A DNA stretch of 62,307 bases, the filler included. It is 4 parts of 4 records of this genome, joined end to end, with 100 filler letters (N's around TTAATTAATTAA, not from the genome) between each part and the next. Parts side by side here need not be neighbours in the genome. Positions count along the whole stretch, not along the records: positions 1 to 27,367 come from DRR723986_4960; positions 27,468 to 45,773 come from DRR723986_4961; 2 more parts are not named here. One strand, written 5' to 3'. The notes beneath the pieces are model-generated. The model did no database searches. It was not told the DNA's origin and saw only the letters and a program-made list of their open reading frames with translations. Below, one piece after another: positions 19,993 to 27,867 of the stretch; the stretch's first letter is position 1, and the number at the start of each line of letters is the position of its first letter. The position numbers and the translations under genes were made by a program.

Positions 19993-20154
19993 AGGAGTCC
20001 TGAATCTGATGGATAAACACGGGCGAATCGAAACCGGATAGAGAATCTTCATAACCGGTGCCGGGAACACAGAGAGAAAAACGCGGATGATGCCAGACTC
20101 TATCGAGGCTTGCATCCGGGCACCGGTAATTCCTACCACACGCAGGCAAAGACT

Positions 20155-21045
20155 TCAGTCCTTGCCGGCATTCCAGCGATCTTCAAAAAAATCGAGAAAC
20201 ACCTGAATACGAGACGATAGCGAAGTGTTCCGATAATAAACGGCGCTGACCAGTTCACGGGGATTAGGTCGGACCAGCTGATCGTTCAACACTTCTACCA
20301 ATCTGCCCGAGGCGAGATCCTCGCGGATCATGAAATGAGACAGGTAGGCCAGTCCGTTTCCCTCCAGGCACAGTTGGCGCACGGTTTCTCCGCTGCTGGC
20401 ACGGATGGTCGGGCTCACTTTCAACCCTTCCCCCAGATGCCATAGATTCAGCGATTCTGGCGCAGTGAAGCCGATGATTTCATGCTGTGCCAGGTCTGAA
20501 AGAGAGCGGCATAGCCCACGACGTTGAAGATACTCCGGTGAAGCCACCACAGACAATGGCGAGCGGCCGAGCGCTCTGGCATGAAGCGTCGAATCGTCCA
20601 GCGGGCCAATCCGGATCGCGATATCGATCCGTCGCTCCAAAAGATCGACGATCTGATCGCTGGCCGTTAATTCGAGCTCAATATCTGGATAGGTGTCCCG
20701 AAATTTCCGAACGTGGGGCACAATCTGATGCAGCAGGAAAGGGTTCGCGGCGTCTACTCGCAATCGCCCTGCCGGTCTCTGCTTTCGAACAGCCAGCTGT
20801 TCTTCTGCCTCCTCCAGGGAGGCAAGCCCCTCACGAACCTTGTCAACGAACACCCGCCCCTCTTCAGTAAGCCCCACTTTTCGGGTGGTTCGATTCAGCA
20901 GAGTAGTATTCAGGGACTGTTCGAGACGAGTGACGGCTCTGGAGACCCGCGTGACCGATACCTCCAGCTGTTCTGCCGCATTGCTGAAGCTCCCACTATC
21001 GACCACTGACAGCAGGAAGTGGAGATCGTCCGACCGGCTTTTCAT
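20155..21045 (-). CDS. LysR family regulator (YafC/CrgA-like)
   Basis: VVDSGSFSNAAEQL, LLNRTTRKVGLTEEG, GRLRVDAA.PF and SSGETVRQLCL.GNG. Confidence 0.95.
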   Translation of the reverse strand: MKSRSDDLHFLLSVVDSGSFSNAAEQLEVSVTRVSRAVTRLEQSLNTTLLNRTTRKVGLTEEGRVFVDKVREGLASLEEAEEQLAVRKQRPAGRLRVDAANPFLLHQIVPHVRKFRDTYPDIELELTASDQIVDLLERRIDIAIRIGPLDDSTLHARALGRSPLSVVASPEYLQRRGLCRSLSDLAQHEIIGFTAPESLNLWHLGEGLKVSPTIRASSGETVRQLCLEGNGLAYLSHFMIREDLASGRLVEVLNDQLVRPNPRELVSAVYYRNTSLSSRIQVFLDFFEDRWNAGKD

Positions 21046-21049
21046 TTCA

Positions 21050-21095
21050 TTTACCGCAAAAGTTATTTTCAAAAAGCACTGTTTATCGCAAAAGT
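21050..21095. promoter_or_regulatory. Direct repeat in the divergent LysR/MFS promoter
   Basis: TTTACCGCAAAAGT (21050-21063) and TTTATCGCAAAAGT (21082-21095), 32 bp apart. Confidence 0.5.
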
Positions 21096-21144
21096 ATGGA
21101 AGAGGACACTAGGCAGCGTCAATCAACTCCAATGGAGATACGTT

Positions 21145-22317
21145 ATGCCTATTGCATTATTTGCGCTTACATTAAGCGCCTTTGCAATCGGGACCACCGA
21201 ATTCGTGATTGTCGGTCTGGTCCCGACAATCGCCCAGGATCTGGGCGTTACCCTGCCGTCAGCCGGCCTCTTGATCAGCTTGTATGCCCTTGGTGTCGCC
21301 GTTGGCGCGCCTGTCCTTACTGCACTAACAGGACGCTGGAATCGGAAGTGGGTTCTGCTGTCCCTGATGAGTCTTTTCATCATCGGTAATGTGCTTGCCT
21401 GGATGGCCCCGAATTACGCCTCTCTGATGACCGCTCGAATCCTGACGGGGCTCGCTCACGGAGTGTTCTTCTCGATTGGTTCAACGATCGCCACCAGCCT
21501 GGTTTCGAAAGACAAAGAGGCCAGCGCCATCGCCATCATGTTCACCGGCCTGACGGTGGCACTGGTGACAGGCGTACCACTGGGCACCTTTATCGGACAA
21601 ACCTTCGGCTGGCGCGCGACCTTCCTGACCGTCGCTGCCCTGGGTACCATTGCACTGATTGGCAGCGCACTGCTGGTGCCGAAAAACCTGAAGAAATCAG
21701 CGCCTGCCACGCTTCGCCAACAGCTTGAAGTTATCACCCATCCGCGGCTGCTGCTGGTGTACGCCATGACTGCCGTTGGCTATGGCGGTACCTTCACGGC
21801 ATTTACCTATCTGACACCCATTCTGGAGGATGTCAGCGGATTTGCGCCTGGCATGGTCAGTCTGCTGCTTCTGGTGTATGGCATCTCAGTAGCCACTGGC
21901 AATATCTGGGGTGGCAAGCTGGCTGACCGTCTTGGGCCGACGTCAGCGCTGTACATCATTTTCGGTGGCCTGGCCGCCATCCTCTTTGTGCTCACCTTCA
22001 CGGCCTACAATCCAATTGCCGCAGTCATCACCCTGCTTGTTTGGGGCGCCTTTGCCTTCGGCAACGTACCTGGCCTTCAGGTGTATGTCGTCCAGCTCGC
22101 CGAACGGTTTACGCCCCATTCCGTTGACGTTGCATCCGGATTAAACATCGCGGCCTTCAACATCGGCATTGCCGGCGGCGCCTGGCTCGGTGGACACGTG
22201 GTCGAAGATATGGGGCTGATGAACACGCCCTGGATTGGTGGGGTAATTGTACTGAGCGCCCTGCTACTGACCCGGATTTCTTCAACACTGGATAACCGCG
22301 AACCGGCTACGGCCTGA
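21145..22317 (+). CDS. MFS transporter (DHA1, YtbD/NepI-like)
   Basis: FAIGTTEF..VGL, GVPLGT.IGQ..GWR and GGKLADR. ATG 21145 follows GGAG. Confidence 0.93.
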   Translation: MPIALFALTLSAFAIGTTEFVIVGLVPTIAQDLGVTLPSAGLLISLYALGVAVGAPVLTALTGRWNRKWVLLSLMSLFIIGNVLAWMAPNYASLMTARILTGLAHGVFFSIGSTIATSLVSKDKEASAIAIMFTGLTVALVTGVPLGTFIGQTFGWRATFLTVAALGTIALIGSALLVPKNLKKSAPATLRQQLEVITHPRLLLVYAMTAVGYGGTFTAFTYLTPILEDVSGFAPGMVSLLLLVYGISVATGNIWGGKLADRLGPTSALYIIFGGLAAILFVLTFTAYNPIAAVITLLVWGAFAFGNVPGLQVYVVQLAERFTPHSVDVASGLNIAAFNIGIAGGAWLGGHVVEDMGLMNTPWIGGVIVLSALLLTRISSTLDNREPATA

Positions 22318-22360
22318 ACCATCAGAGGCCTCCCGGAAGGGAGGTCCATTGAGGTGTACT

Positions 22361-23281
22361 ATGACGCTTTCAAAGCTAACCGCCGGCCCCCTGACCATTG
22401 GGCTGGAGCTTCCGCTAGACAACGACTGGACCCAGGACGGCCAGCGTCAACGCATGCTCGACAAGCGGCCGTTTGGTGTACCGGATCTCAGCCAACATCA
22501 GTCACTGGCCAGACTGGCCGACGAACTCGGGTTCCGGGCCTTGTGGATTCGGGATGTTCCTCTATACGACCCGTCGTTCGGCGACGCCGCCCAAGTTTTC
22601 GATCCACTGGTGTATCTGGGTTTCCTGTCCGGGATAACCCGAAACATTCTGCTTGGCACTGCGGCAGTTGTTCTCCCACTGCGCAGCCCTTGGATCGTAC
22701 GCAAATCCGCGGCATCGGTTCAGGCACTGAGCCAGGACCGCTTGATGCTCGGAGTGGCGAGTGGAGACCGCCCCTCGGAATACCCATTGTTTGGCGCAGA
22801 CTATGAAAACCGCGGACAAGCCTTCCGGAACAGCGTGGAGATTCTGACCGGCAAACAGGACTCGCGATTGTCACCGGGCCAGGCCATTTTACCGGATACC
22901 CGAACGCCACCCCTGCTGTCCGCCGGGCTATCACAGCAGTCACCGGAGTGGATCGGCCTGCACATGAGTGGCTGGCTGGCTTATCCGGGAACGCCAGAGG
23001 AGCATGTGCATCGCGTCAAACTATGGCGCAACGTCGCCAGCGACAAGCCTTATGTGTCCTTTATTCACTTGGACTATCTCGACGATCCCAAAGCGCCGCG
23101 TCGACGTCATCGCTTCGGCCTTCAGACCGGAAGGGAGGGGCTGCTCCGGGAACTGGAGGAGATGCAGAGTGCTGGTGTAAACCACATTGGACTTCATTTC
23201 AGGCGCAACCAGGCCCCGGTGGACGAGTCATTGCGGCTCATCGCCCAAGATGTTCTGGGGGTGTTTCATGATGCGAACTGA
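22361..23281 (+). CDS. Second luciferase-like (LLM) oxidoreductase, BA3436/TIGR03571-type
   Basis: WIRDVPL...FGDAAQVFDP, LPLRSP and LGVASGDRP.EYP. GAGGT RBS. Confidence 0.88.
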   Translation: MTLSKLTAGPLTIGLELPLDNDWTQDGQRQRMLDKRPFGVPDLSQHQSLARLADELGFRALWIRDVPLYDPSFGDAAQVFDPLVYLGFLSGITRNILLGTAAVVLPLRSPWIVRKSAASVQALSQDRLMLGVASGDRPSEYPLFGADYENRGQAFRNSVEILTGKQDSRLSPGQAILPDTRTPPLLSAGLSQQSPEWIGLHMSGWLAYPGTPEEHVHRVKLWRNVASDKPYVSFIHLDYLDDPKAPRRRHRFGLQTGREGLLRELEEMQSAGVNHIGLHFRRNQAPVDESLRLIAQDVLGVFHDAN

Positions 23282-24260
23282 CAGACCAATGGCCTGGGGC
23301 GTCGTGGGAAAGGACAAGCCCACCATCGCCCTGCAATGGAAAAACCTCAACTCAATACCCATACCTGGCCCTGACGACGTTGTCATCCGGAATGAATACA
23401 TCGGCCTGAACCCGGTTGACTGGAAAATGATCCGGAACTGGCCAGAGAACTGGAATATCGCTCACGCACCCGGCGTTGACGGCGCAGGCACTGTGCTCAA
23501 ATTGGGCGAGAACGTGAAGAGTCTTGTTCCCGGGCAAAGGGTTGCGTACCACCAGGATTTGCACCGGAACGGCAGCTTTGCCAGCCACACGGTGGTCGAT
23601 AACCGGGCCCTACTGAAAGTTCCTGACATCCTGCCTCTGGTTCTGGCAGCAGCGCTGCCCTGCCCATTGATGACGGCCTGGCAGGCGATCGAAAAAGTCC
23701 CGCGTCGAGCGGAGGCGGATGTTCTGATCACGGGAGCCGGCGGCATGGTTGGCCGATTTCTAGTTCAGCTGGCAGCGCAGCGGGGCTACCTGGTGACGGC
23801 CATGGCCTCGGCCCGGCACCACAAGACGCTTCGTCAGTTGGGAGCCGAAACTGTAATCGCCTGGGAAACCAATTCTTCTCAAAGCCAGTTCTTCGCCGTG
23901 TTTGACACCGTCAACGCGCAGCATGCTGCGTCGATGGCCGACTTGATTGAGGCCAATGGCCACCTGGTTTGTATTCAGGATCGTTTGGAGACACCTCCGG
24001 TGCCACCCTTTGACAAAGCCTTGTCTCTGCATGAGGTGGCTCTGAACGCGCTGTTTCGCGCAGGCACCGAGCGCCAATGGGCTCAGTTCCGTCAAGCCGG
24101 AGAGGAACTTCTCAAAATGGTGGCTAGTGAAAAACTGCTCGCCCCGGAACCACGCATCGAACCCATCACAGCGCTCCCAGAAGCGCTGGAGGCAACCACA
24201 ACCCAGGACCGTCCGCTAAAGACGGTCATCGACGTCCGCTATTTTGCAAACCAGGAGTAA
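23268..24260 (+). CDS. Zn-binding dehydrogenase family (MDR) oxidoreductase
   Basis: GLNPVDWK, PGVDGAG, AAALPCP..TAWQA and LITGAGGMVG. The start overlaps the LLM gene end. Confidence 0.9.
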   Translation: MMRTDRPMAWGVVGKDKPTIALQWKNLNSIPIPGPDDVVIRNEYIGLNPVDWKMIRNWPENWNIAHAPGVDGAGTVLKLGENVKSLVPGQRVAYHQDLHRNGSFASHTVVDNRALLKVPDILPLVLAAALPCPLMTAWQAIEKVPRRAEADVLITGAGGMVGRFLVQLAAQRGYLVTAMASARHHKTLRQLGAETVIAWETNSSQSQFFAVFDTVNAQHAASMADLIEANGHLVCIQDRLETPPVPPFDKALSLHEVALNALFRAGTERQWAQFRQAGEELLKMVASEKLLAPEPRIEPITALPEALEATTTQDRPLKTVIDVRYFANQE

Positions 24261-24263
24261 AAT

Positions 24264-25073
24264 ATGAGAACCGCTATCCCTAATCCCGGTCTTGGAACCT
24301 TCCGCCTAAAAGGCGATGCTCTGAAATCCGCTGTTACTGAGTCGCTTGACCTTGGGTACCGGCACATCGACACCGCTCAGATCTACGAAAACGAAGATGA
24401 AATTGGGAACCTGCTTTCTGCCTCGGGCATTGATCGGTCGGATCTGTTCATCACCACCAAGGTTTGGTACGAAAATTTGGCACGCGACAAGTTCATTCCC
24501 AGTGTGCGCGAGAGCCTTACCAAATTGAGGACAGACTACGTCGATCTATTGCTGATCCACTGGCCGTCGCCCGGTGAGGAAGTTCCGATGCAGGAGTATA
24601 TCTCCGAACTGGTCGAAGCCAAAAAACTGGGTCTTGCGCGAGAGATCGGAATCTCCAACTTCACCATCGAACAGATCAGACGTGCCATCGGCATTGCCGG
24701 AAAGGGCGAAATTTTGACTAACCAAGTGGAGGTCCATCCTTTCCTACAGAATGACGCGGTAGTCGAGTTCTGCCAACGAAATGGTATTGAGGTCACGGGT
24801 TTCATGCCATTGGCAGTCGGCAAAGTTCTAGAAGACGCCACTCTGCACAGAATTGCTGAAAGCCACAACGCAAGAATCCCAGAAGTAGTGCTTGCCTGGT
24901 TAAGACAAAGGAATATTGTCGCGATTCCCTCATCTACCAAACGAGCGCATCTGGCATCGAATCTGAAGGGGATGGAATTGGTTTTATCTGACAAGGAACT
25001 GTCTGAAATAGCAACGTTGGATAGCAATCACCGAATAGCAGATCCAGACTTTGCTCCAAACTGGGACCAATAG
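24264..25073 (+). CDS. dkgB: 2,5-diketo-D-gluconate reductase B (aldo-keto reductase)
   Basis: GLGTFRL, GYRHIDTAQIYENE, DLLLIHWP, IGISNF and IPSSTKR. Confidence 0.9.
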   Translation: MRTAIPNPGLGTFRLKGDALKSAVTESLDLGYRHIDTAQIYENEDEIGNLLSASGIDRSDLFITTKVWYENLARDKFIPSVRESLTKLRTDYVDLLLIHWPSPGEEVPMQEYISELVEAKKLGLAREIGISNFTIEQIRRAIGIAGKGEILTNQVEVHPFLQNDAVVEFCQRNGIEVTGFMPLAVGKVLEDATLHRIAESHNARIPEVVLAWLRQRNIVAIPSSTKRAHLASNLKGMELVLSDKELSEIATLDSNHRIADPDFAPNWDQ

Positions 25074-25086
25074 AATCTGCGGTGAA

Positions 25087-25137
25087 CAGCGGCCACGTAC
25101 GTTAAATCTTTTGCGTGGTCGCTGATTTCTTTATGTT
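25087..25137 (+). terminator. Intrinsic terminator of the MFS-LLM-ADH-dkgB operon
   Basis: 13-bp stem CAGCGGCCACGTA / TGCGTGGTCGCTG (two G-U pairs) followed by ATTTCTTTATGTT. Confidence 0.65.
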
Positions 25138-25162
25138 CGCATTTGTTTAGCTGAGTTCAGGG

Positions 25163-25312
25163 ATGCTTTGGTCGCGTTGCCGTACTCATCAGGCACTAGC
25201 CGAAGCCCTTTTGGCTAAAGGCGACCAGAAGATTTTGGAGGATAGCAACGTCGATTACCTCTGGGGTTGTGGCCGCGACAGGAGAGGCCACAACCGCTAT
25301 GACAAGGCGTTA
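25163..25312 (+). pseudogene. Fragment of a NADAR (YbiA-like) gene
   Basis: HQALAEALLAKGDQKILEDSNVDYLWGCGRDRRGHNRYDK matches the NADAR C-terminal pattern L..TG...L.E.S..D..WG.G....G.N. Confidence 0.7.
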
Positions 25313-26713
25313 ACGATGTTCTCGGCCTTCTCCGGCGGAAAAAGATGTCCGACGAGGGCTCTGTCTGAGCGTCAGCGAGGCATCCACCACAAGAAACATC
25401 GCGAGACTGCCCCCCATCACCGGAGCAAACCAGCCTAGACCGGCCGCTATCAGGGCCATCGATATCAGGACCAGCGGCGGCGCCTTGCGCAGCTCAGTCC
25501 ATACCCTTTGGGCGGAGCGCTGATGGGCGGCTGAACGGGTTGGGCGACGGAGCCACCACATGCGGTAACCCAGTACGATCATCACGCATAGGCCCAGAGC
25601 ACAAGCCGCGACGAACAACTGATTGGCCAGGCCGAATAAAATCCCCATATGCGCATCAATGCCCCAGCGTGTTAGTTTGGCCGCAACCGGGTAAGCCTGA
25701 AAGTCTACCCGGTCGGTCACCGTCATTGTCCGAGGATCAACGGCTACCATATCTACCTGGGTGGGCCAGCTGCGGTCGATTTCCCGCACAACCCAGGCAC
25801 GGCCAGTACTCGCGGCCGGTTTAATTTCCAGCATATCGGCGTCGATGCCTGCCGCCCGGGCCCGTTCTAGAACAAGATCGTAAATCCGTGCGTTGTCCTG
25901 CCCTTCTGCGACATCAGTCGTCATACCGTGGCCAGCGTGTTCATGTTTTCCATGCTCAGCCGGTCTTCCGGACAGGTCGGTATTCAGGCCGGGCGTTCCC
26001 CAGCCAAGCTGCGCCCGCAGTTCGGTAATATTTGCCCCGGCCCACTTGGACCAGGTCAGTCCGGTCACTGAGAAGAACAGAAAGGCCAGCAGCAAGACCA
26101 AACCGATCCGGCTGTGCCAGTTGCGAAGCCAGTTCCGATCAGTGTCCTTGCCTGAGCCGGCGGCTGAACGTCGGCTCCACCAAAGAACCAGGCCTCCTAG
26201 TGCCACCAGCCATAACCAGGACGCCGCCAGTTCGCTGTAATAGCGTCCGATTTCGCCAAGATGCAGATGCCGGTGTACATAGTCTATCCAGATGCGAAAA
26301 GGCAGTGTGCCGCTGGTACCGTAAACCACCAGGCTGCCCCGAATATCCAGGGAAACCGGGTCCACGAAGATCGCCTGATGCTCGAACGGCTCAAGGCCGT
26401 CCGTCGCAAACATTACGCGGGTGGTCTCGCCGGCCTTTGGTGCAGGCCGGACCGCGGCCAGGGTAGCGTTTTCTCCTATCTGAACTCGGGCCGCCTGAAT
26501 TTGTTCAGCCAGCGGACGGGCGTCGCCCGTGGTCTCTGTCGTCAGTTCGGTCTGATAAAGCCAGTTTTCGATCTGAGGTGTAAGGGCAAACAGTGCCCCC
26601 GAAAGTGCCGCCACAAAAATAAACGGGCCAACAAGAAGGCCTGCATAGAAATGCAGACGCGCAAGTAAAGCATACCCCCAGCGCGGAACGCTGGAAGATT
26701 GAGAGTCGGTCAT
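25310..26713 (-). CDS. PepSY-associated TM helix domain protein
   Basis: RLHFYAGL, HRHLHLG, ELAASW, WHSRIG...TGLTWS..AG, WGIDAHMG.LFG..NQ and a His-rich loop. Confidence 0.93.
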   Translation of the reverse strand: MTDSQSSSVPRWGYALLARLHFYAGLLVGPFIFVAALSGALFALTPQIENWLYQTELTTETTGDARPLAEQIQAARVQIGENATLAAVRPAPKAGETTRVMFATDGLEPFEHQAIFVDPVSLDIRGSLVVYGTSGTLPFRIWIDYVHRHLHLGEIGRYYSELAASWLWLVALGGLVLWWSRRSAAGSGKDTDRNWLRNWHSRIGLVLLLAFLFFSVTGLTWSKWAGANITELRAQLGWGTPGLNTDLSGRPAEHGKHEHAGHGMTTDVAEGQDNARIYDLVLERARAAGIDADMLEIKPAASTGRAWVVREIDRSWPTQVDMVAVDPRTMTVTDRVDFQAYPVAAKLTRWGIDAHMGILFGLANQLFVAACALGLCVMIVLGYRMWWLRRPTRSAAHQRSAQRVWTELRKAPPLVLISMALIAAGLGWFAPVMGGSLAMFLVVDASLTLRQSPRRTSFSAGEGREHR

Positions 26714-26753
26714 GGTCTTCCCTTAAATGTAACAAGATTCGTGATTTATGAAG

Positions 26754-27122
26754 TCAGACCATGGCTGGCGGGGCACGTACCGGGGCGTTAGGGAATCCGG
26801 GAAGCCCCCGCGGAGCTGAAATCAGTCGAGGTGCGCTGGGGTTGCCCTCACTGATGGCATTTCTAGGGACAGCGGCCGTTCCCCGGGGATACATGGCGGG
26901 CAGCTTAGTAAGCAGCACGCAATATCCGCAATCCCCATGAGACATGTGCTGCAACGGATAGGAATGATCCATCTGTTCCGCAGCAGAGGCGTGGGCCGAA
27001 TGCGTGTTCGACGTATGGGCTACCTGAGCTTTGGTAACCAGTGGCCCAAGGTAGATCAGCAGCATGGCCAGAAGGGCGATCCGGGCGCCGAAAATTCGAT
27101 GCTTTCTGCGAATCAAACCCAT
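26754..27122 (-). CDS. DUF2946 family protein (CruR-like leader ORF with CxxC and RAPP)
   Basis: N-terminal hydrophobic/signal segment, His-rich linker, DCGYC and C-terminal PVRAPPAMV. Confidence 0.88.
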   Translation of the reverse strand: MGLIRRKHRIFGARIALLAMLLIYLGPLVTKAQVAHTSNTHSAHASAAEQMDHSYPLQHMSHGDCGYCVLLTKLPAMYPRGTAAVPRNAISEGNPSAPRLISAPRGLPGFPNAPVRAPPAMV

Positions 27123-27183
27123 CAGATGTCAGCCTTGTTTACAGAGGCTCATTATCGTCATTCTGACAGAAATATTAACCCTC

Positions 27184-27211
27184 TGACCTGCCCCCCAACT
27201 TTTCGGACCAC
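27184..27211 (+). mobile_element. Isolated IS3-family-like terminal inverted repeat
   Basis: TGACCTGCCCCCCAACTTTTCGGACCAC resembles IS3-family ends (TGA.CTGCCCC...GGAC). No transposase follows. Confidence 0.5.
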
Positions 27212-27367
27212 GACTATCTTGAATACTAGTCCTAGGTCGGACGACGAATTTAGCATTTAGTGTGATCGTCCAGCACACCCAGGGGTTCCAAAACGGAACC
27301 TGTGAGTAATGTAGCCCCCTCGTTTGTTTGCCCTGGGCCCGCCACACTCACCAGAATGGGCTAGCCC

Positions 27368-27467
27368 NNNNNNNNNNNNNNNNNNNNNNNNNNNNNNNNN
27401 NNNNNNNNNNNTTAATTAATTAANNNNNNNNNNNNNNNNNNNNNNNNNNNNNNNNNNNNNNNNNNNN
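27368..27467. other. Artificial contig linker
   Basis: N44-TTAATTAATTAA-N44 (stops in all six frames). Confidence 0.99.
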
Positions 27468-27867
27468 CCACGTACAGACGCATTCCTCCCACCCTGCATA
27501 ATGCAGATTGTTCGTAAGAGAAAAACCGTCGAGGAGCGACTCGCTGCATGCTGCGGGCCGTCGAGGACAAGTTTAGTGACTTACTACAGAATTCCAATGT
27601 GGGAAAAACTAAACGGTGTATAACTTCCAGTTCACCGGCCAGTAATCCGGGATGAACGAACGTGATACGCAAAGAACTGGGAAGCAATGTCAAAGTAGTT
27701 TACCATCCTTTGTGTCTTATATCCGCTTTAGGTATTTACACGAGGTGATGTAGTCCGCCCAATACATCTCTACATTGCTAAGAGGTAAAAACTATTGGCA
27801 CCGCCCCTCAGTCACAGCACGAGTTAGCACATTGTTAGCTTGGCGATCCATCAATCCGGAGCTTAGT

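Noticed and set aside
25075-25140. Integron attC-like hairpin after dkgB
   Set aside because: No RYYYAAC/GTTRRRY boxes and no integrase. Better explained as a terminator.
27412-27423. TTAATTAATTAA palindrome occurring three times
   Set aside because: Artificial linker, not biological.
27468-27693. Minus-strand ORF at the start of contig 2
   Set aside because: No motif or RBS support, and it ends in the linker.
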